Of a DNA stretch of 64,000 nucleotides, positions 1-10,431 are shown piece after piece. Within the stretch, counting starts at the first letter, position 1. Each line of letters opens with the position of its first letter. The position numbers and the translations under genes were made by a program. Below the pieces are notes generated by a model, which was not told where the DNA came from, made no database searches, and worked only from the letters and a program-made list of their open reading frames with translations. Origin of the DNA: Tubulanus polymorphus (lineage: Eukaryota > Animalia > Nemertea); contig NC_134025.1 of NCBI RefSeq assembly GCF_964204645.1, forward strand, positions 28,004,299 through 28,068,298, given 5' to 3'.

Positions 1-3000
1 AAGATTACATGTTCCGAGTTCGAGCAAAGAATGAGCACGGAGTTAGTGATCCGACTCATTCTATTACCGCTCACAGATCGAAGTGTAAGTTAATATTTTC
101 TGTGTTAACGAATAGGAAATTAAGCGCATGTTTCGTTATTTGTAATAAATGCATTCACAGGTCGCCTGGTTTTAAATGAAATCATCATCAGTCAACAAAT
201 AAACTACACATTGGGTAGAATCTCCAAAACGATATCTGAAATTATCTATCAATGATCATCAATTATTTATCAACTCGCCAATCATAAAATCAAAATCAAG
301 TAAAATCTTCTTTTCAAGTGATCTTATATTTGTAATTCATCCATGATTTGCCTCTCTCTCTTTCCGTTTAGCTGCCTTTTTCCCCAATCAAATCCATGAC
401 AAACCACAGCTATCTGTTCTTTCTCGCGATTCGGCGGTTCTTTCCTGGTCCGTACCCTCCCAACCCTCACACCTCAGAGATCTACCATTCATGTACGTGA
501 TCGAGGCTCGGGAACATCCCAGTCGAGATTGGAAAGAAATAGCTCAGGATATTGAAGATCCGACATTTGATCTCAACAAGCTGTCTCGTGATAAAGAATA
601 TTCATTCCGTGTTCTGGTAGAGAATGAATATGGATTAAGTGAACCTTCACCGAGTGTCACATTATCGAGGAAAGAAGGTATGGATGAAGTCAACTCAAAT
701 ATTAGTGGTTTCAGATACTGATCTCTTCGAGTAACCAAAATGATTTTATGAATTCTGTTTATCTTCGTTTTCAAGCCGACTACGTACCGCGAACACCGAC
801 AGATAAACCTCGGCTTTCTGATGTAAAGGCTGAAACGCTCAGACTTAGCTGGGATGAAGTGGAACCGCCGCCGATGGCTACAGATTCTCCTGTGACGTAT
901 ATAATCGAAACACGAGATTCTAAATATAACTGGACGACATACGTAGACGGTAATATTCCTGAGATTTTCGCCCGGGTTCCCAGTGAAGATCTTGCTCACT
1001 CAAGTTTTTATTTTCTAGATATAAAAACTACGTCTCATGAAGTGAAGGCAGCGCCAGATATCGAACATGCCTTCCGTATTAGAGCAAAAAATATATTCGG
1101 GAGAAGTGATCCATCACGACAAGTAACCGTTCCGAAACGACAGGGTACGTGCGTGCCATAACCTTCAATATTAGACCTTCCTTTATGGTTACGATTTTCC
1201 GCTATGAATTTGATATCATTTCTTTTTACAGTATTCCCCGATCCAATTTCCGATAAACCATTTTTGATGGAACTAACGCCGGATACAGTGAAATTGTCGT
1301 GGAGAAGTCCCCGCGCTGCCTTCATGTCCGAGCTACCATCATCTGCATACTCCTACATATTAGAGTATCGCCAACCACCCAGTGATAAATGGAAAAAATT
1401 GATCGGTGGATTAAAGGAAACTTCATTTACGATAAGAGATCTTGAAAAGGATAAAGAGTACATGTTCAGAGTTCGAACACAGAATGATTTCGGCACTAGT
1501 GAACCTTCAGCCCCAGTATTGAGAGCAAAACTTCCGGGTAAAAATCCTAAAATGTTCTTATATTCAGAATTTACCTGATTATATGTAATTATCAAAAAGT
1601 TATCTGTTGTTTTACTTTGCTAAGATCACGCAGCTATTCGAAGAAGCAGAAGTAGAAGTCGTGAACCATCTCCATGGCGCCTCCCATCGGATGTCAGCAC
1701 AGGTAAGATAGAATCACTAGTATTTAAGAAATAGACGTTGATAATGAAAAGGAAAATATTCACTGCGTTTCGTCTTTCAGATGTGGCTCCTGAATTCACA
1801 AATGTTGAGCAAAATGTTGTCTACGGTGTTCAAGGACAACCCGTCAAATTAAATGCCAGTTTGAAGGCCTATCCTGAACCTAAAATCATGTGGTTCCACA
1901 ATGAAGATAAAATAGATTTAGGTATGAGAATACACTAATAACTCTTACTTGATTATTTTTGACAAAAATATGTCTAAGATATAACCATAAATTCTAGGTG
2001 GACGTTGTAATTCGTATAAGTCAGCTAATGGTCAGTACAGTTTAGAGATCGAAAAGATGACGTCATCTGACGTTGGAGCTTATCGGATATATGCAGAGAA
2101 TTCTCAGGGTATTGCAGAACATACATTTAAACTCGAATTAGCTGGTAAGTTTAGTTCGTTCAAATCGAGATGTTGTAGCTGATGTATCATAGAAAATGCC
2201 TAATTCTTGATATTTTTAACAGATCCACCGATTTTCTTGGAGCCTATGAAAAATACCGATCTCCGTGTTTGGACCTACGGTAAACTGGATTGCCGGATTG
2301 ACGGATTGCCGTACCCGGAGGTGAAATTCTTCAAGGACTGGCACCCATTGACTCAAACAGCTAGGGTCAAGGCCAATAGAACGGATTATGATTATTGGTC
2401 GTTAAATTTTGATAATACGATTTTACTGGATGAAGGGATGTATATTTGTGTTGCTGAGAATATAGCCGGTAAAGCGTATTGTGTAGCAAATCTAGTTATC
2501 GAAGGTAAAATACCAGTTACTTTTCATACCGGGGTATCTTAAGCTAAATTGCTTGTCTCGTCACAAGGCTAGTGTATTCTAATTCTATTTCGCAGAGAAA
2601 CCACCACTTATCGATGTAAAGTTCAAACCGACGCATATTTCTGATTTCTACTACGTTTTAGATGAAATTGAAAGGTTCGTAATTCTTTTTATTTATAAGC
2701 ATTTACAAGCTTGCCAATACTAAAAACCTGTAATTTCTTGTTAGATTTCTTTTTATTAACGTCTTTTCGAATCGTTATTCGTATATAGGGGTTCTCACGG
2801 TGTAATTAGGCGTGTTGTTGAGAAGAGCACCGGAGTCGAGTTTGCGGCTAAGTTTTTACGAGCTCGTGACGAGAATCAGAAAAACGAACTGAAACAGGAA
2901 GGAGACGTGATGTCTTTACTGTCACACCGTCACGTGGTCAGACTTACCGACGCGTACGAGATGAAAAAGAACATCGTTTTAGTCATGGAGTTGTATCCTT

Positions 3001-6000
3001 TTCATCGTATCAACCCGCAATAGTTGATAGAAAACATTAATTCCGAAATTTTTTTATATCAATTTTGAAAATGTGCACTGAATAATGACGCGTTATGGCA
3101 TTATGTAGGGCTGTTGGTGATTCATTTACCTTGACCAAATGTGCAGATTGACCGGCGAAGAATTACTAGACTGCATTATTGATAAAGACAGGCTGACCGA
3201 GAGCGAAGTGGCTTACTATATACGCCAGGTTTTAGAGGCGCTACAACATTTACATTCTAAAGGAGTAGTTCATCTAGATGTTAAGGTAAATCGCGATAAT
3301 TGGCCTTTTTAATCGTTCAGTTATTCAGCGTTATTACCCATATTATTATCACCATCGTATTCAATCTTTAGCCTGAGAATCTACGTTTGTCGACACCCGG
3401 AGCTGATGACAACATCAAACTGATTGATTTCGGATTTTCTCGTCGTATTTACAAAAATAAGGAAACGTTTGTCGATCTTGGAACACCGGAATTTGTTTCT
3501 CCGGAGATTCTTCGCCAGGAACCAGTAACGCACGTAGCTGATACCTGGAGTGTAGGTGTACTCACATATATACTGTAAGTTACATTCAAAAATTTATTGC
3601 ATCCGATGACGTGTATGCACTTTGGTTAGATATATCCTAGTTGTTTTTGCCCTCAGGTTAAGTGGTATTTCACCGTTTTTGGCGAGCAGTGACCGTGAAA
3701 CCCTACTCCGAATTAAAGACGGTCAATGGTCATTCGATGAAACTGCTTTCGAAAATATTACAGACGAAGCGAAAGATTTTATCGATAAATTATTAGTCTC
3801 GAAACCGAAGTAAGTGATACACCTTTTCATTTGAACATTCATATAAAGATGATTTTCTTACTTCAATGACAGCTTCTTCGATTCCAACTTTCTAGATCTC
3901 GTATGACAGTAAAGCAGTGTTTTGAACACCCGTGGTTACAAGTATCCAAACAAAGAGGACAAGGAATAAAGATAAATACTGAACGACACAAAGTCTTCAG
4001 CAGTCGTAGGAAGTTCGAGGTAATGTAAAAAAAGGGTTTGAGAATAATATCAATATGAATCTAAATCGGGATGATGACTTTTACTTTTTATTCTTCCATT
4101 ACAGTGCTCACAACATCAAGTGAACACAATCGTTTTCCATCGTAAAATGTCGCTTCTAATGGTGGAACTTCCAAAATTACAAATACCTTCTATCGAGGTT
4201 TTCGATGAACCAGAAGATAGAAGACCGCAATTGATAAACAATGTGAATGCTTCATTCAACGGTCTTATGCCGGGTAGTCCCACTGGTATAATTCTAAGTC
4301 CAGGAACATCCCGGGCAAGTTCAGTTGAGCCTTCTGAATTCGGGGATTCCGAATCCACAGATCCAGGCTTCGATGACGAATGTCTAATGGAAGATTGGAT
4401 ACACCAATATGGTCCAATACCTCATAAACAAAAACATAAGCTTGACGACCTCAAATTTGATGACTTTTTCGGAAAACAGCTCGGGGTTGAAAAACCGATA
4501 AATCCACCCACGTCTCCTGGTAAAAAGAGAATGAGAAAGATTAGTTTCAACAACGAACCACCACCTATCGGCGATACTGGTAAGCGTGCTGAATGGAAGA
4601 AGCATGTTCATGCTGATTACTGCTACAAAATGACTGTCTTTGAAAGAAATCAACTAGCAGCTGAGAATGAAAATGCTTTGTCAATGTTGTTATTTTTGCA
4701 TGAGAATGGTACGAGCCTTCTAGAAGGTCCTCCCACTGCGAAAAAATCCCCGCCAGTTCCAAGGCGTTTTTCAGATTACGATTGTTCATTTGATCTCGAT
4801 CAAAATTCGAACATCTGCCCCAAACGGAAACTACAGCCTACATTAAGTTCTATCACTAAATTACTACTGATGCATAAAACGAAACAAGTTGTTCATTTAA
4901 TGGAGAAATGTCAGTCTCAATCCCCTGAGAAACGTAAAATTTCGATCGATTGTTCCCATTCAGAATCAAAAAGGTCTCCGGATTTAAGCCATTCTTCCTC
5001 ATGGTTGACCGTTGTAAAAGCAGCTATGCTTTTTCGTCGTAAGAGCTTACACTCTGGGGCTTTTGAGCGATTATTCGATACCCCTCGGCATTTACCACCA
5101 CTTTCTAAGCCCGAAAGATACTGCAGGGAAACGTTTGCTCTGCTCGGGGGTCTCATTGTTGGTATAGTACTGGCTTTACTTTACCGTGCAGCCCAGTACA
5201 TTCTCTTTAGCTAATTCCCGTGCCTGGTGCCACTGAGAATATGCATGCGAATTTATATTTTTCTAAGAAAATCTGATGAATATTCAAATAAAGATTGCAT
5301 GTTGCTTGATTTTGTTTTTAGTTATTGCATGTTATCAGGATATCAAACTGTTTTCATTCTAATCTTAACGTAAGTTTTTTCCACGACTTTTTTCGAATTA
5401 CTCTTTGAGCCGAATCCACACGTTATTGAAGTATCTATCGACAGTCATTTTCAAAATTACAGTTGAGGCACCCGTATTCAAAGAAACTATCAAAGACAAA
5501 GCCTACGATGTCGGTGAAAATGTGACGTTGCACTGTCAAGTTATCGGAAAACCAGCCCCGACTGTTTACTGGTATCGTAATGATGAACCATTATGGGACG
5601 GTGAACGCATCCGAATACAACATTCCAAAGATACCGGGCATACATCATTAACAATACTGAACACACTTCCTCATGATTATGGCATCTATAAATGCGTGGC
5701 TAGTTGTGCTGGAACGAGAGCTGTAACAAAAGGCAGACTGTTCCTCGGGGGTAATCAAATATCTTTTTCGGAAAATGAACAAGAAAATTGGTTAATACTC
5801 GTCGGCTTCATCTCCATGAATCAATTTGTTTTTTGTTTTAGATGTTCCTGGTCGCCCCGGTAGACCTGTAGTGCAACAAGTTTCGTCAAGCCAGGCTTTG
5901 ATTATTTGGGAGGAGCCAGATCATGACGGCAACGGTCACATATTGAACTATCGGGTCGATTACCGAATCAATGTTGGTAAGACCATCCGAGTTGTCTTTA

Positions 6001-7796
6001 ACTTTAGAACTAAGCAATTACAAATTCTAAGGCTTTGGGCCTCATTTGGATCGTCTGATTTTTCAGGTCAGGATAAATGGTCGATCGCCACGTACACGAT
6101 TGACGAATGCGCACTCGTCAGTGGTCTACGTCCAAATACAGTTTACAGGTTCAGAGTCTGTGGCCGTAACAGATTCGGTGTCAGTCCATACAGCTGGGCC
6201 TCGATTGAGGTTCGAACTAAATCTAAAGGTAATGTTAATCTTGCAATCTTGTTTATGATTTCACAATAAAAATGAATAGTGATGCTTTTTTATCGTACTC
6301 TTTATTATCACGTACAGGCTCCTCCAAATTGAAGATGGACCGGGAAACGAAACGAATAATTCTACGATCACAGCGAGCGAAACTAGATGATTCGGATGGA
6401 GATGACGAAGATGACGTGACTCCGACGGCGAGTAGAAGAGGGTCGACTGACAGCATTGAAAATAACGTACCGGCTACAGATGTCGCATTACAGGAAACCG
6501 ATCCCAAAAAGCATTACGATATTGAAGGACAAATTGAAGGGTTAGTTGATAATGAGATTGAATCCCCCAATGGGTCCCTTTCTGTGCATTTCCATTAGTT
6601 TTAAATCCTTTATCATTTTAGTGGACATTTCAACGTTGTTGTTAATTGTCGATCAAAAACGAAGAACAAAGAATATATTGCCAAAATTCTTGGTTATAAC
6701 GTCGATACTAAAGATTCGATTCTGAGGGAGTATCACATCCTGAAAGCTCTGAATCATCATCGAGTCGTTCAACTTTTCGAAGCTTATATCACCGATAAAC
6801 AGCTTGTTTTGATCTTCGAGAAACTGCAGGGTGAAGAGGTCACCCGCGCAATCTCGTTTAAGACGAGATATAACGAAGAAACTGTTTGTAGAATAATACG
6901 ACAAGTGGTAGCCGCACTGCAGTACCTCCACAGTTATGGAATAGTTCATTTGAATATTCAACCGGGAAATATAATGCTGTGCAGCAGGAGACGTCTGGAT
7001 CTGAAAATCATCGATTTCACTTGTGCTCGTGCAATAACCGACGAAGAGGGAGAAACATTCGGAAAACTTGGAATGCCAGAATTTATGGGTAATTTCCAAC
7101 AACAAACCTAGAACAATCACCATTAAGTATCTCTACATTTAGATATAAATATATTTGATTTACTTCCAGCCCCAGAAATGATATCTAATAGACTAGTTGG
7201 TTGTGCCGCCGATATTTGGAATGTGGGCATTCTAACGTACATAATGTAAGCTGTCAGAGAGTTCATTACGTTTTCTATTGGAGGAATAAATTTTTAAATC
7301 TTTAAATCTATGTTTATTTGCCAGGTTAAGCGGAGAATCGCCATTGTTAGGAACTGACGATGAGTCTACGTTTGATAATATTACGCGACTGAGATATGAT
7401 GCCGATCAATTGTACGGACATATAACCAAGGCGGCATTGAAATTCATGTATAACATCCTTAAAGTTAATCCAAGGTACGACGAATGATACCTCAATTTTC
7501 ATAATGGAATATAAAGTAGGCTATTCGCTAAAGATTTTGTTGATTTCATATTTTACAGCGAACGGTTATCGCTTGATGACTGTGTAGAATCAAGATGGCT
7601 GAGTCTCTCGGAAAATATGGTGAAAAGACGCCGGGCGAATAAATTCATTACGTCTAAACTCAGGCATTTCCAGGAGGTTTATACCGCTCGTCGCAGAGCG
7701 TTGGGCAAACCTTCGGAAGAGCTGCTTGGTTCATACGCCCATATCAAACGAGCCTCGTCAGTTGATTCGGACACAGAAACTGACTTCACTTTATAG
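1..7796 (+). CDS. Obscurin/UNC-89/SPEG-type giant muscle protein, 3' part (FN3 repeats, Ig domains, two Ser/Thr kinase domains); 5'-truncated, multi-exon
   Basis: Phase-consistent exons inferred at about <1-84, 372-677, 776-949, 1019-1144, 1232-1537, 1625-1702, 1781-1921, 1998-2144, 2223-2504, 2596-2674, 2789-2992, 3147-3285, 3372-3574, 3657-3809, 3896-4019, 4105-4579, 5463-5750, 5842-5976, 6067-6228, 6318-6540, 6622-7088, 7170-7245, 7325-7474, 7559-7796 (TAG). FN3 motifs (YxFRVRAxNxxGxSxPS), Ig I-set motifs (D.G.Y.C.A.N), kinase 1 (FAAK, HLDVKPEN, DFG, GTPEFVSPE), then Ig-FN3-kinase 2. The tandem-kinase tail is characteristic of the obscurin/UNC-89/SPEG family. Confidence 0.88.
2993..3146 (+). 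other. U12-type (minor spliceosome) GT-AG intron in kinase 1
   Basis: 5' splice site GTATCCTTTT, branch point TACCTTGAC at 3127-3135, 11 nt before the end of the intron; removal restores VMELLTGEEL. Confidence 0.88.
4105..5214 (+). CDS. Alternative terminal exon of the obscurin-like gene (read-through of donor at 4579/4580) encoding a C-terminal transmembrane anchor
   Basis: ORF stays open for 211 codons past the G|GTAAGC donor and ends FALLGGLIVGIVLALLYRAAQYILFS* (TM about 5134-5184); AATAAA at 5287-5292. Confidence 0.65.
   Translation, partial: CSQHQVNTIVFHRKMSLLMVELPKLQIPSIEVFDEPEDRRPQLINNVNASFNGLMPGSPTGIILSPGTSRASSVEPSEFGDSESTDPGFDDECLMEDWIHQYGPIPHKQKHKLDDLKFDDFFGKQLGVEKPINPPTSPGKKRMRKISFNNEPPPIGDTGKRAEWKKHVHADYCYKMTVFERNQLAAENENALSMLLFLHENGTSLLEGPPTAKKSPPVPRRFSDYDCSFDLDQNSNICPKRKLQPTLSSITKLLLMHKTKQVVHLMEKCQSQSPEKRKISIDCSHSESKRSPDLSHSSSWLTVVKAAMLFRRKSLHSGAFERLFDTPRHLPPLSKPERYCRETFALLGGLIVGIVLALLYRAAQYILFS
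5242..5331 (+). promoter_or_regulatory. Three TGCATG (Rbfox-type) elements flanking an intronic AATAAA
   Basis: TGCATG at 5242-5247, 5296-5301, 5326-5331; AATAAA at 5287-5292. Confidence 0.6.
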
Positions 7797-8118
7797 AAAG
7801 GATCGACCTCCGGTTTTAAGCGCGCTCGTTGTTTTTATCTCGTTTGTTATGATATGAAATTATTAAGTTCAAACTGAACATGCAAAAATTAAATAAATCA
7901 CCTCTGAAAATTGATTAGGATATGTAGCCAAATTTGAAAAAGAAAAACCAATGAAGTAATGTTGACTTTATTTCCCTGTAGTTATTTGCTGTGTTTATTT
8001 TGCATTTTGAATAAATATGATGTACGTACCTAAAAATTGAAGTTTGTTTATCTAACATATAATCTCCCATGGATCAATTCTTGCGCGTGATAAGGCAAGT
8101 TGAGGACATGTTCGATGT

Positions 8119-8312
8119 CGGGCGAATAAATTCATTACGAATTATTATTTTCAAAACTCAGACATTTCCAGGAAGTTTATACCGCTCGTCGCAGAGCGTT
8201 GGGCAAACCTTCGGAAGAACTGCTTGGATCATACGCCCATATCAAACGAGCCTCGTCAGTTGATTCGGACACAGAAACTGACTTCACTTTATAGAAAGGA
8301 TCGACCTCCGGT
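8119..8312 (+). repeat. Direct duplication of the 3' part of the obscurin-like last exon (copy of 7632-7814)
   Basis: Near-identical to 7632-7814 including the TAG stop (8292-8294); 11-nt insertion at 8140-8150 and five substitutions. Confidence 0.95.
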
Positions 8313-10431
8313 AATATCGCATTTCGTCTGAAATTCGGAACGAACACCCGAGACACGATTATTCTAAATGAGTGAATTTCTCTTGTCAAATCAGATATGA
8401 TTTTCTTAAGTAATAATTGCTGGGGGTCTTATAGGCTAATCAAATATATCTTACGTAATGCCTGGTGCAATGGGACGTTACTTAGAAATTCTACATCTCA
8501 AATACTGTTTTTAGGACACGAGCAAAAGACGGCTTTACGTTAACAAAAACGAATCAGTCGATAATGAATTAGATGATTATCTGATATTTTGCTAGAAATA
8601 ACTGAATCAATCAATCGATAATAACTTGTTTGTTGACCGCTATAGTAATCATCGCACTTTACAATAGTAATACATGAAACCACAAAATTATTTGAAATAC
8701 CATTGCAATACAAGAACATAAAACTGTAAGAGACATTATTCAATGGCAAAAGCTTCAAGCTTTCCTAAAAAATTGTTTTGAGCGGGTTGGCGTTTAAAAG
8801 CGTCGACGGATTCCCGAATACGGTAAAACATTCCATCCAGTGATCGTTATATTCGCCGGCCTCTTCAGGAACCTACCAAATGCGTTCATCATTTGACTCG
8901 AAATTTACGTTCAATCAAGTTGGTTGATATTTTTTTGGTACTTAAGCGATTATTTACATACATCAGTGAATTGATAGCGCTTTTCGAAAAATGGGCCCGG
9001 TTAGACAGCTTAAAGTAACTTCAAGATGATGCGGTAGTATCCAGGATGAAAAAGAGGTCCCCCATAAATGTTGCCATAGTTCTACTTCATGAATACCGTA
9101 ATTCGCCACCTGTGACTGAATAATGATGAAATAAGGGAATATTTTTTATTAACGGTCCCAAACACGTCGGGGATTCCCTTAAGCACTTGCATACCTCTGG
9201 GATCCTACGGAAGCCCCTCCTTTCTAAAGGTTTGATTATTCTAAAGTTAGGTTGGGTATATCGGGCGAAAACCACTTCAATACGTAGCTAAGATGCTGAT
9301 CTAACACCCAAAGCAGGGTTTCCCGCCGATTTTCCGCGGTCATATATGAACTAAACGCTCGAATTTCTTGTTTTTACTATGGGATGTAGAAGATTTTGGA
9401 ACGGTTGTCTGAAGTCGTTTACGTAGATGTTAGATGTATAGTAACGCTATTGCGGTTAAGTATTCTTAACCAGCCGCTGAACGAGAAATAATCTATAGTT
9501 CCTTTGAATATCCCCAGGAAAATGTATCACACTCATTGAGAGCTGTTTGCTATAAAAAAAACATATTTACGCTTATATGTGCTAATACGTATCATAGGAA
9601 TTATGTACGTTTTGGCTCGACAGTAATTAATGCATTTTTATGGAGATAATTAAAAGGAAAACATGCATTCCAGAGTTACTAACATAAAGGTTACCAGTTG
9701 GGTTGGGAAAATTACTGCAGATTCAGACAAAATTAAAAATAAGATGCAAGCACTAAACAATCATGTATAAATAAACTTCGATGTTTACCAAGAAATTCTA
9801 GCTGGTTTGTACATCAATGAATGGATAAGCTTTTTATAGTCTGGTACTAGTATCATATGTAGAAGGTTATATATGTATATGTATATATAATTATTCCGAT
9901 GGTTGAATATGTTGGGTAGAGGGTAGCGGTACGCGTGCGTGTTTTGCAGCATGTGTACCGTCTGTAGTACTCGGTACTGATCATCCGTCTGCGCACAACA
10001 GTAAACCGTCGGTTTCCATATAACGATCGAACGCAAGCCATCGATTTTATCAATTGATTTCTAGGGAGCTATCGAGTAGGAGAATACGACGGAATCAGCG
10101 ACAATTTCGCTTTATAGAACGTTCTGAGGAAACCTTCGTTAGTCTTCGTCTTGATACAGGCGTATGATATATGTTACACGCGAATCTGGATTACTTGGAA
10201 AAACCACCTCACGAAATATTCGTCCTAGAATCTTGTGTCGTGTTCGAATATCACAAACGTGTTATTACTGCATGGCGCTGAATAGTACTCTATCTAATTT
10301 GGGATTCAGTGTTCAGATGATGCGACCAAGCTGGCGCGTCGCCTATTTCGAGATCGTTAGCGCTGTAGTTACCATAGAAACTTGAAGACGATTGTCAGTC
10401 GACTGGTCGAATCAGTTGGATAATTTGCGAA

